Source: Cyanophora paradoxa CCMP329 | Lineage: Eukaryota; Plantae; Glaucophyta | Direction: 5' to 3' | Length of the DNA stretch: 51,721 nucleotides | NCBI GenBank assembly: GCA_004431415.1 | Contig: QPMI01000336.1 | Span: forward strand, 1-51,721 | The notes under the pieces: generated by a model | The model's input: only the letters and a program-made list of their open reading frames with translations | Told to the model about the DNA's origin: nothing | Database searches by the model: none | Made by a program: the position numbers and the translations under genes | Shown here: positions 13,501 through 25,500 of the stretch, piece by piece | Layout: the number at the start of each line of letters is the position of its first letter | Position numbering within the stretch: position 1 is the first letter of the stretch

Positions 13501-16500
13501 AGCGCGCCGTTGGCCGCGACCGGCGCAACCTGGTAGACGCTGCCGGGCTCGCCGCTCCTCGGCGAGACGTCGAAGGAGGTCTGGCTGGCCGGGACGGTGC
13601 CGAGGACCTTGCCGTCGCCGATCACCGCGTAGCTTGCGGGGCTGCCCGCGCGAGGGCGGCTCCACGAGAGGCGGCCCGACGAGCCGAAGAGGCCCGGCGA
13701 GGTCGTGAGCTGCAGGTTCGACGGCGCCATGTCCGCGGGGCTCGCGGGGCCCGCGCCGGAGCCGGCCGGGTAGGAGGCCAGCGGCACGCTGTTGCTGGGG
13801 GGCCCCGCGGGGCTGCCCGACGACGAGAGCGGCACCACCGAGAAGTACGAGTTGGCCGCCGCGCTCGGGCTGAGGCCCTTGGGCGCAAACGTAGTGACGC
13901 CCGACGGCGAGGCCTTGACGGTCGCAACCTGGCGGCCGTCCTGCAGGACGCCGAAGCTGCCGCGCGAAATCGCGTCAGCGCCCCGGACCACCGCGAAACG
14001 CGCGCGAATCGCGCGTCCCGCACCTCGCGACGTTGCCCAGGCCGCTCGGCGAGCTCCACGCGAGCAGCGCGCTCGGGCTGGAGCCCGAGCCCGCCGGCGT
14101 CGAGGTCAGCGCGATGCCGGAGCTCGGGTCGCTCGGGAGCGAGGCCGCGAGCGGCGACGAGGCCGGGCCCGCGACGCCGTTGCTGTCGAACGGCACCACC
14201 TGCAGGGTCGAGGCGCCGCCGTTGGTCGGCAGGCCTGAGAGCGGGGCCGAGGTCTGGTTGCCCGCGACCGACGCCACGGGCTTGCCGTCCTGCAGGACAG
14301 TGTACGACGCGGGCGAGCCCGAGGCCGGACGCTTCCACGAGAGGGTGGCGGAGCCGGAGCCGGAACCGCTGCCGGTGAAGCTGCTGAGGGCGAGGCTCGA
14401 CGGGGCGAGCGGGCTGGGGGCGGGGGCGTCCACGCCGGAGCCGGCGATGCCCGCGCCGGGGCTGGATGGACCGGAGGGCACAAAGCTGCCAGAGGAAAGG
14501 CCGGCAGGGGCGGGGGAACGCGAGGTCGCCCGACCGGAGGGGCCGCTGCGCGGACCCGCTGCCGTGGCGTACAGGCCGTCCGAGCCCGACGCTGCGCCGC
14601 CATACCCGGCGCCGCTCAGGGCAGCCGCTCCCACGCCAGCGTACGGGCCCGTCCCGAAGCTGGATCCGGAGCCGCTGCCGACTGGGTTCGATGCCGGGCC
14701 GAGCGCGCCGTTGGCCGCGACCGGCGCAACCTGGTAGACGCTGCCGGGCTCGCCGCTCCTCGGCGAGACGTCGAAGGAGGTCTGGCTGGCCGGGACGGTG
14801 CCGAGGACCTTGCCGTCGCCGATCACCGCGTAGCTTGCGGGCTGCCCGCGCGAGGGCGGCTCCACGAGAGGCGGCCCGACGAGCCGAAGAGGCCCGGCGA
14901 GGTCGTGAGCTGCAGGTTCGACGGCGCCATGTCCGCGGGGCTCGCGGGGCCCGCGCCGGAGCCGGCCGGGTAGGAGGCCAGCGGCACGCTGTTGCTGGGG
15001 GGCCCCGCGGGGCTGCCCGACGACGAGAGCGGCACCACCGAGAAGTACGAGTTGGCCGCCGCGCTCGGGCTGAGGCCCTTGGGCGCAAACGTAGTGACGC
15101 CCGACGGCGAGGCCTTGACGGTCGCAACCTGGCGGCCGTCCTGCAGGACGCCGAAGCTGCCGCGCGAAATCGCGTCAGCGCCCCGGACCACCGCGAAACG
15201 CGCGCGAATCGCACGTCCCGCACCTCGCGACGTTGCCCAGGCCGCTCGGCGAGGTCCACGCGAGCAGCGCGCTCGGGCTGGAGCCCGAGCCCGCCGGCGT
15301 CGAGGTCAGCGCGATGCCGGAGCTCGGGTCGCTCGGGAGCGAGGCCGCGAGCGGCGACGAGACCGGGCCCGCGACGCCGTTGCTGTCGAACGGCACCACC
15401 TGCAGGGTCGAGGCGCCGCCGTTGGTCGGCAGGCCTGAGAGCGGGGCCGAGGTCTGGTTGCCCGCGACCGACGCCACGGGCTTGCCGTCCTGCAGGACAG
15501 TGTACGACGCGGGCGAGCCCGAGGCCGGACGCTTCCACGAAAGGGTGGCGGAGCCGGAGCCGGAGCCGCTGCCGGTGAAGCTGCTGAGGGCGAGGCTCGA
15601 CGGGGCGAGCGGGCTGGGGGCGGGGGCGTCCACGCCGGAGCCGGCGATGCCCGCGCCGGGGCCGGAAGCGGGGCCGTACGGGCCGGCACCAGCGCCAACA
15701 AAGCCAGGCGCGCTAGCGCCGCTGTAGGCGGGCGCAGGGCCCGAGCCGCTGGAGGCGGGGTTCGAGGCCGGGCCGAGCGCGCCGTTGGCCGCGACCGGCG
15801 CAACCTGGTAGACGCTGCCGGGCTCGCCGCTCCTCGGCGAGACGTCGAAGGAGGTCTGGCTGGCCGGGACGGTGCCGAGGACCTTGCCGTCGCCGATCAC
15901 CGCGTAGCTTGCGGGCTGCCCGCGCGAGGGCGGCTCCACGAGAGGCGGCCCGACGAGCCGAAGAGGCCCGGCGAGGTCGTGAGCTGCAGGTTCGACGGCG
16001 CCATGTCCGCGGGGCTCGCGGGGCCCGCGCCGGAGCCGGCCGGGTAGGAGGCCAGCGGCACGCTGTTGCTGGGGGGCCCCGCGGGGCTGCCCGACGACGA
16101 GAGCGGCACCACCGAGAAGTACGAGTTGGCCGCCGCGCTCGGGCTGAGGCCCTTGGGCGCAAACGTAGTGACGCCCGACGGCGAAGCCTTGACGGTCGCA
16201 ACCTGGCGGCCGTCCTGCAGGACGCCGAAGCTGCCGCGCGAAATCGCGTCAGCGCCCCGGACCACCGCGAAACGCGCGCGAATCGCGCGTCCCGCACCTC
16301 GCGACGTTGCCCAGGCCGCTCGGCGAGGTCCACGCGAGCAGCGCGCTCGGGCTGGAGCCCGAGCCCGCCGGCGTCGAGGTCAGCGCGATGCCGGAGCTCG
16401 GGTCGCTCGGGAGCGAGGCCGCGAGCGGCGACGAGGCCGGGCCCGCGACGCCGTTGCTGTCGAACGGCACCACCTGCAGGGTCGAGGCGCCGCCGTTGGT

Positions 16501-19500
16501 CGGCAGGCCTGAGAGCGGGGCCGAGGTCTGGTTGCCCGCGACCGACGCCACGGGCTTGCCGTCCTGCAGGACAGTGTACGACGCGGGCGAGCCCGAGGCC
16601 GGACGCTTCCACGAGAGGGTGGCGGAGCCGGAGCCGGAGCCGCTGCCGGTGAAGCTGCTGAGGGCGAGGCTCGACGGGGCGAGCGGGCTGGGGGCGGGGG
16701 CGTCCACGCCGGAGCCGGCGATGCCCGCGCCGGGGCTGGATGGACCGGAGGGCACAAAGCTGCCAGAGGAAAGGCCGGCAGGGGCGGGGGAAGGCGAGGT
16801 CGCCCGACCGGAGGGGCCGCTGCGCGGACCCGCTGCCGTGGCGTACAGGCCGTCCGAGCCCGACGCTGCGCCGCCATACCCGGCGCCGCTCAGGGCAGCC
16901 GCTCCCACGCCAGCGTACGGGCCCGTCCCGAAGCCGGATCCGGAGCCGCTGCCGACTGGGTTCGATGCCGGGCCGAGCGCGCCGTTGGCCGCGACCGGCG
17001 CAACCTGGTAGACGCTGCCGGGCTCGCCGCTCCTCGGCGAGACGTCGAAGGAGGTCTGGCTGGCCGGGACGGTGCCGAGGACCTTGCCGTCGCCGATCAC
17101 CGCGTAGCTTGCGGGGCTGCCCGCGCGAGGGCGGCTCCACGAGAGGCGGCCCGACGAGCCGAAGAGGCCCGGCGAGGTCGTGAGCTGCAGGTTCGACGGC
17201 GCCATGTCCGCGGGGCTCGCGGGGCCCGCGCCGGAGCCGGCCGGGTAGGAGGCCAGCGGCACGCTGTTGCTGGGGGGCCCGCGGGGCTGCCCGACGACGA
17301 GAGCGGCACCACCGAGAAGTACGAGTTGGCCGCCGCGCTCGGGCTGAGGCCCTTGGGCGCAAACGTAGTGACGCCCGACGGCGAAGCCTTGACGGTCGCA
17401 ACCTGGCGGCCGTCCTGCAGGACGCCGAAGCTGCCGCGCGAAATCGCGTCAGCGCCCCGGACCACCGCGAAACGCGCGCGAATCGCGCGTCCCGCACCTC
17501 GCGACGTTGCCCAGGCCGCTCGGCGAGGTCCACGCGAGCAGCGCGCTCGGGCTGGAGCCCGAGCCCGCCGGCGTCGAGGTCAGCGCGATGCCGGAGCTCG
17601 GGTCGCTCGGGAGCGAGGCCGCGAGCGGCGACGAGGCCGGGCCCGCGACGCCGTTGCTGTCGAACGGCACCACCTGCAGGGTCGAGGCGCCGCCGTTGGT
17701 CGGCAGGCCTGAGAGCGGGGCCGAGGTCTGGTTGCCCGCGACCGACGCCACGGGCTTGCCGTCCTGCAGGACAGTGTACGACGCGGGCGAGCCCGAGGCC
17801 GGACGCTTCCACGAGAGGGTGGCGGAGCCGGAGCCGGAGCCGCTGCCGGTGAAGCTGCTGAGAGCGAGGCTCGACGGGGCGAGCGGGCTGGGGGCGGGGG
17901 CGTCCACGCCGGAGCCGGCGATGCCTGCGCCGGGGCCGGAAGCGGGGCCGTACGGGCCGGCACCAGCGCCAACAAAGCCAGGCGCGCTAGCGCCGCTGTA
18001 GGCGGGCGCAGGGCCCGAGCTGCTGGAGGCGGGGTTCGATGCCGGGCCGAGCGCGCCGTTGGCCGCGACCGGCGCAACCTGGTAGACGCTGCCGGGCTCG
18101 CCGCTCCTCGGCGAGACGTCGAAGGAGGTCTGGCTGGCCGGGACGGTGCCGAGGACCTTGCCGTCGCCGATCACCGCGTAGCTTGCGGGGCTGCCCGCGC
18201 GAGGGCGGCTCCACGAGAGGCGGCCCGACGAGCCGAAGAAGCCCGGCGAGGTCGTGAGCTGCAGGTTCGACGGCGCCATGTCCGCGGGGCTCGCGGGGCC
18301 CGCGCCGGAGCCGGCCGGGTAGGAGGCCAGCGGCACGCTGTTGCTGGGGGGCCCCGCGGGGCTGCCCGACGACGAGAGCGGCACCACCGAGAAGTACGAG
18401 TTGGCCGCCGCGCTCGGGCTGAGGCCCTTGGGCGCAAACGTAGTGACGCCGACGGCGAGGCCTTGACGGTCGCAACCTGGCGGCCGTCCTGCAGGACGCC
18501 GAAGCTGCCGCGCGAAATCGCGTCAGCGCCCCGGGCCACCGCGAAACGCGCGCGAATCGCGCGTCCCGCACCTCGCGACGTTGCCCAGGCCGCTCGGCGA
18601 GGTCCACGAGAGCAGCGCGCTCGGGCTGGAGCCCGAGCCCGCCGGCGTCGAGGTCAGCGCGATGCCGGAGCTCGGGTCGCTCGGGAGCGAGGCCGCGAGC
18701 GGCGACGAGGCCGGGCCCGCGACGCCGTTGCTGTCGAACGGCACCACCTGCAGGGTCGAGGCGCCGCCGTTGGTCGGCAGGCCTGAGAGCGGGGCCGAGG
18801 TCTGGTTGCCCGCGACCGACGCCACGGGCTTGCCGTCCTGCAGGACAGTGTACGACGCGGGCGAGCCCGAGGCCGGACGCTTCCACGAGAGGGTGGCGGA
18901 GCCGGAGCCGGAGCCGCTGCCGGTGAAGCTGCTGAGAGCGAGGCTCGACGGGGCGAGCGGGCTGGGGGCGGGGGCGTCCACGCCGGAGCCGGCGATGCCT
19001 GCGCCGGGGCCGGAAGCGGGGCCGTACGGGCCGGCACCAGCGCCAACAAAGCCAGGCGCGCTAGCGCCGCTGTAGGCGGGCGCAGGGCCCGAGCTGCTGG
19101 AGGCGGGGTTCGATGCCGGGCCGAGCGCGCCGTTGGCCGCGACCGGCGCAACCTGGTAGACGCTGCCGGGCTCGCCGCTCCTCGGCGAGACGTCGAAGGA
19201 GGTCTGGCTGGCCGGGACGGTGCCGAGGACCTTGCCGTCGCCGATCACCGCGTAGCTTGCGGGGCTGCCCGCGCGAGGGCGGCTCCACGAGAGGCGGCCC
19301 GACGAGCCGAAGAAGCCCGGCGAGGTCGTGAGCTGCAGGTTCGACGGCGCCATGTCCGCGGGGCTCGCGGGGCCCGCGCCGGAGCCGGCCGGGTAGGAGG
19401 CCAGCGGCACGCTGTTGCTGGGGGGCCCCGCGGGGCTGCCCGACGACGAGAGCGGCACCACCGAGAAGTACGAGTTGGCCGCCGCGCTCGGGCTGAGGCC

Positions 19501-22500
19501 CTTGGGCGCAAACGTAGTGACGCCCGACGGCGAGGCCTTGACGGTCGCAACCTGGCGGCCGTCCTGCAGGACGCCGAAGCTGCCGCGCGAAATCGCGTCA
19601 GCGCCCCGGGCCACCGCGAAACGCGCGCGAATCGCGCGTCCCGCACCTCGCGACGTTGCCCAGGCCGCTCGGCGAGGTCCACGAGAGCAGCGCGCTCGGG
19701 CTGGAGCCCGAGCCCGCCGGCGTCGAGGTCAGCGCGATGCCGGAGCTCGGGTCGCTCGGGAGCGAGGCCGCGAGCGGCGACGAGACCGGGCCCGCGACGC
19801 CGTTGCTGTCGAACGGCACCACCTGCAGGGTCGAGGCGCCGCCGTTGGTCGGCAGGCCTGAGAGCGGGGCCGAGGTCTGGTTGCCCGCGACCGACGCCAC
19901 GGGCTTGCCGTCCTGGAGGACAGTGTACGACGCAGGCGAGCCCGAGGCCGGACGCTTCCACGAGAGGGTGGCGGAGCCGGAGCCGGAGCCGCTGCCGGTG
20001 AAGCTGCTGAGGGCGAGGCTCGACGGGGCGAGCGGGCTGGGGGCGGGGGCGTCCACGCCGGAGCCGGCGATGCCTGCGCCGGGGCCGGAAGCGGGGCCGT
20101 ACGGGCCGGCACCAGCGCCAACAAAGCCAGGCGCGCTAGCGCCGCTGTAGGCGGGCGCAGGGCCCGAGCTGCTGGAGGCGGGGTTCGATGCCGGGCCGAG
20201 CGCGCCGTTGGCCGCGACCGGCGCAACCTGGTAGACGCTGCCGGGCTCGCCGCTCCTCGGCGAGACGTCGAAGGAGGTCTGGCTGGCCGGGACGGTGCCG
20301 AGGACCTTGCCGTCGCCGATCACCGCGTAGCTTGCGGGGCTGCCCGCGCGAGGGCGGCTCCACGAGAGGCGGCCCGACGAGCCGAAGAGGCCCGGCGAGG
20401 TCGTGAGCTGCAGGTTCGACGGCGCCATGTCCGCGGGGCTCGCGGGGCCCGCGCCGGAGCCGGCCGGGTAGGAGGCCAGCGGCACGCTGTTGCTGGGGGG
20501 CCCCGCGGGGCTGCCCGACGACGAGAGCGGCACCACCGAGAAGTACGAGTTGGCCGCCGCGCTCGGGCTGAGGCCCTTGGGCGCAAACGTAGTGACGCCC
20601 GACGGCGAGGCCTTGACGGTCGCAACCTGGCGGCCGTCCTGCAGGACGCCGAAGCTGCCGCGCGAAATCGCGTCAGCGCCCCGGGCCACCGCGAAACGCG
20701 CGCGAATCGCGCGTCCCGCACCTCGCGACGTTGCCCAGGCCGCTCGGCGAGGTCCACGCGAGCAGCGCGCTCGGGCTGGAGCCCGAGCCCGCCGGCGTCG
20801 AGGTCAGCGCGATGCCGGAGCTCGGGTCGCTCGGGAGCGAGGCCGCGAGCGGCGACGAGACCGGGCCCGCGACGCCGTTGCTGTCGAACGGCACCACCTG
20901 CAGGGTCGAGGCGCCGCCGTTGGTCGGCAGGCCTGAGAGCGGGGCCGAGGTCTGGTTGCCCGCGACCGACGCCACGGGCTTGCCGTCCTGCAGGACAGTG
21001 TACGACGCAGGCGAGCCCGAGGCCGGACGCTTCCACGAGAGGGTGGCGGAGCCGGAGCCGGAGCCGCTGCCGGTGAAGCTGCTGAGGGCGAGGCTCGACG
21101 GGGCGAGCGGGCTGGGGGCGGGGGCGTCCACGCCGGAGCCGGCGATGCCCGCGCCGGGGCCGGAAGAGAGAGCGTACGGAGAAGTTGAATCGAACGGCGC
21201 GCCGTTGCCGGCGCCACTGTAAGGGCCAGGTGCCGGGCCTGCACTTGATACAGGACGGGTGGCAGGGCCGACGTTTCCGTAGCGATCGAGAGGCGCAACC
21301 TGGTAGACGCTGCCGGGCTCGCCGCTCCTCGGCGAGACGTCGAAGGAGGTCTGGCTGGCCGGGACGGTGCCGAGGACCTTGCCGTCGCCGATCACCGCGT
21401 AGCTTGCGGGGCTGCCCGCGCGAGGGCGGCTCCACGAGAGGCGGCCCGACGAGCCGAAGAGGCCCGGCGAGGTCGTGAGCTGCAGGTTCGACGGCGCCAT
21501 GTCCGCGGGGCTCGCGGGGCCCGCGCCGGAGCCGGCCGGGTAGGAGGTTAGGGGCACGCTGTTGCTAGACTGCCCAATGGGTACGCCGTTGGGGTTTAGA
21601 GCCACGATCGAGAAAAGAGATGCAGAGTGCGCGGCCGAGCTCGAGGGCAGGACGCCCTGGTTGAGGAGCCCGTTGACGCCGGACGGGGAGGGCTCTACAG
21701 AGGCCACCTTCACGCCATCCTTTAGGACAGCAAAGCTGCACGAAGAGGAACAATTGTAAATTAAAGGTGTATATATTCCCGGAGTCGACATCAGCGCATA
21801 TCGCGCACCTCGCGAGGTCGCCCGAGGTCGACGGAGTCGTCCACGACAAGATCGCACTGCGGCTCGCGATCGTCTCGGGGCCGGAAACAGTCGATGTCAA
21901 GACCATGCCTGTTCTCGGGTCGCTGGGAAGCGTGGCAGAAAGCGGAGCGGAGGCAGGCCCGACGACGCCGTTGCTGTCGAACGGGACCACCTGCAGGGAC
22001 GTTGCGCCACCAGAGTTCGGCAGGGCAGAGACCGGCAGCGACGTCTGATTTCCTGGAACGCTGGCGATGGGGAAGCCGCCCTTGAAAATGGTGTAGCTTG
22101 CGGGAACACCGACGTCTGGGTGGCTCCACGAGAGTGTGGCCGATCCGGGGCCGCTGCCGTTGAAACTGCTGAGGGCGAGATTGGAAGGAGCGAGGGGGTG
22201 GGGAGCCTGGGCTCTAATTCCAGAGCCGGCAATGCCCGCGCCGGGCGACAGCGGAGTGGCCGAGCTCGAGGCGCCGGACGGGTCGCTGCCGCTGACAACA
22301 GGTTGCGACGCTGGCCCAGAAGAGCCAAAGCGGTCGATGGGAAGAACCTGGTAGACGCTGCCGGGCTTGGGAGAGACCTCGTACGCCGTCTGGTTGGCGG
22401 GGACGGTGCCAACGACCCTCCCGTTCTCCGTCACGGCGTAGCTGGCAGGGTAGCCAGCTGCTGGCGGGTTCCACGAGAGGCGGCCCGACGAGCTGAAGAG

Positions 22501-25500
22501 GCCCGGCGAGCTCGTGAGCTGCACGCCGCTGGGCATCATGGCCGTCTGCGGCGCCGTGCCGGCGCCTGAGCTGAGAGGGTACGAGAGCAGGGGCACAGTG
22601 CCGCTGGCCGAGCCTATGATGTCGCCAGCAGGTGAAATTGGCGCGACGGTGAAGAGCGGCTCGCGATCGACGCTGGTGCCACTCGGCAGATTCTTGACGA
22701 TGAACGAGTTGATGCCGGAGGGAGACGGCTTGACGGTGCCGATCTGACGTCCGTCCTGCATAACGGCGTATCTGCAGAAAGAAGAAGCGTCAGACTGCGG
22801 TTCCAGAAATTGCTCTCCCTAGAAACTTCAGCAATCGCTCACCCTGGAGGGCCGCCTGCGCCGCTTCGGAGGTCTCCAGCAGGCGTGGTCCACGAGAGGA
22901 GCGCGCTCGGGTTGCTCGCGTTGCCGGTGGGCGTTGAGGTGAGGGCGATGCCAGTCGTGGGGTCGCGGGGAAGCGTTGCGGCCAGCGGCGATGAAGATGG
23001 GCCCGCATAGCCCTTCTCGTCGAAAGGAACGACCTGAAGCGTCGACGGGCTGCCATCGGTCGGCAAGTCGGAGACCTGAATCGAGTTTTGGCTGCCAGGC
23101 ACGAATCCGATGGGGCTCCCATTCTTGAGAACGGTATAGCTGCTCGGAGTGCCATTCTGAGGCGGGCGCCACGAAAGGATGGCGGAGCCGGAGCCGCTGC
23201 CGTTGAAGCTGCTGAGGGCGAGGCTCGACGGGGCGAGCGGGCTGGGGGCGGGGGCGTCCACGCCGGAGCCTGCAATGCCCGCGCCGGGGCCGGTGGCGGG
23301 GTGGTACGGGCCAGGAGCGCCCATCCCGGGATCATTCGACACGGGCAGCGACGGAGGGCCGACGTTGCCGAAGCGGTCGATGGGCAGGACCTGATAGACT
23401 CTGCCGCCACGCGGCGCATCGGCCGATGTTGCACTGCCAGAAACTGTACCGGAAATCTCCCCGTCGCTGACGATTGCGTACTTGGCCGGGTTCCCGCTGG
23501 AGGGAGGGTTCCACGAGAGCTTGCCGGGCGAGCCGAAGATGCTCATACCGGCGGCTCCGGTGAGCTGCAGGCCAGTTGGAGCCATCGATGGCTGGCTGGC
23601 GTTCGGGCCGGCGCCGGAGCCTACAGGGTACGCCGACAGAGGCGCCTTGTTGCTAATGGCGCCAATGACCTCGCCGCTGGGCGAGATGGGCGCCACCGAG
23701 AACAGGGTCTCCTCGCCAGGGACGAGCCCAGGGTTCCGAACGACGAAGGAATTCACAGCACCCCGTGTCGAGATCGGACTCGGGGGCTTGACCGTGCCAA
23801 TTTGCTGTCCATCCCTGAAAATTGCGTAGCCGCCAATACCAGCGCCGCCGGCTGCGCCAGTGGAGGGCGTTCTCCAGGCGAGATGGCCGCTCGAGCTCGG
23901 CCCGGGGCCCATCGGCTGGGATGTTAGTGCAATACCGTTGCTGGGATCGCTGGGAAGAGCCGCTGCAAGCGTGTGCGAAGGGGGGCCGGACACGCCATTG
24001 CCATCAAAAGGAACGAGCTGCAGCTTGGTGTACTCGCCGTTGGTGGGCAACCCAGACAGGGGGTACTCCGTGCGGTCGCCAGGGACGGTCCCGATGGGCT
24101 CTCCATCCTTGAAGATGGTGTAGCCCGCGGGCTGCCCTGCCAGTGGCGGCGTCCACGAAAGCATGCCGGAGCCAGAGCTCGAGCCCCTCCCGCCGTCGCT
24201 TGTCAGGCCGACGTTGGACAGGGCGAGGTTAGACGGGGCGAGCGGGCTCGGGGCGGGGGCATCCAGCCCCGAGCCCGGGAAGCCCGCGCCCGGTCCGGTC
24301 GGGCTGTACGGTGTCTTCCACAGGCCGCCGAGGTCCCGCGAGCCAGCTGCAACGCCCGTGGCCTCGGCGTTTCCGGCACCGGTGGCAGCGCCGGTGCCCG
24401 TGCGTGTGTACCAGTCGTACGGGGCGGTCTTCTTGTCACTTGGGGAAATGAAGGGCACGCGCAAGGTGCCCTTGACGATTGCAGCGGTGATGCCGACGAC
24501 GAGAAGGCCGGCGGCACCGATGCCAAACGCGAGCGGTAGAATGTGCGACATCTGCACCGGCATTTCTTTCTAAGATTTATTTGCAGCAGAGATGTGCGTG
24601 TGGATACCTGGTTGCTGTTGCCCTGGCCCGCCTCGCCGTCTTGTGGCGGAAGCCCGCCGGAGCTCGGAGCGAACGCAGGCTGGTTCGGCGTGAAGAAGTT
24701 CGGGATGATTTGGCCGAGGGTGAACTGCGCAAAATTGAGCATATTAAAAGAGAACTCAAGCGGTAGCTGGCGCTTCAAACTTGCCGTGGTCTGCGCGAAG
24801 GCAAAACGTTAACCGTCACATGCATCGATGTAAGCAAAAATGCACTTGAAAACTTCTCGCACCAGATGCGTGCAGAATCCACGAGCGTACCAAATTTGCT
24901 GTCCCTGCGCACGAATTTCGCTTTCTAGATCTGCACCTAGAGAAGTGCAAGAGAAGTGCATAATCTATTAATCTATTACGCACATTAATCTCGAGCTGGA
25001 AAAGATCTCCGGCGTTGGTCGCGGTGGGATCGGGATTCTTTGCATCGCCAAGCTGGAGATGGATATCGGTTCAGCAACAGCACGCATTGAATTTTGACCC
25101 TCTCACGTGTAAACCCCGCGCACCCACATGTTGATCTTCGGCTTCAGCTTCGTCTGACATGGCATCCAGCTATTCAAGGTCTCGTCCCAGTAAATGAGAT
25201 ACTGCTGCTCCGTGGGCATGGACACTTGCGTCACGGGATACGGGATCTCGATGATGATCGGCGTCGAGTCCGGGAGGCCCGAGATGCGGGAACCGAGCAC
25301 CTGAGCGAAGGGCATCAGTAGGCTGGCTGGATGTTTAATTCCTACTTGCATTGTGTTGGTGTCTACGTTATAGCCTACATATATGCTTTAAGAGTAAGCA
25401 CAGGGCACCGAAATGTCGACGAAGCCACCCGTGATCTTGACATCGCCCTTGACCGCTCCGCCTTCGGGCCCCCTCCACACGGCCGGCCACGGGGACCTCT

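Noticed and set aside
5430-21570. Frameshifts in the array (units of 1071-1074 or 1198-1200 bp) as pseudogenisation or programmed frameshifting
   Set aside because: They are small deletions, mostly in G/C runs, at different places in each unit, and similar breaks occur in conserved DLEC1. Long-read consensus error is the simpler explanation. The recurring stop at 'GGPGR*' lies inside the 67-nt intron.
2337-21570. CRISPR-like repeat/spacer interpretation of the satellites or the S/L array
   Set aside because: No unique spacers, unit sizes are far outside the CRISPR range, no cas genes, and the context is eukaryotic.
5142-24573. Many plus-strand and alternate-frame ORFs (Arg/Pro/Ala-rich) over the array
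   Set aside because: Shadow ORFs caused by very high GC content and repetition of the real minus-strand frame.
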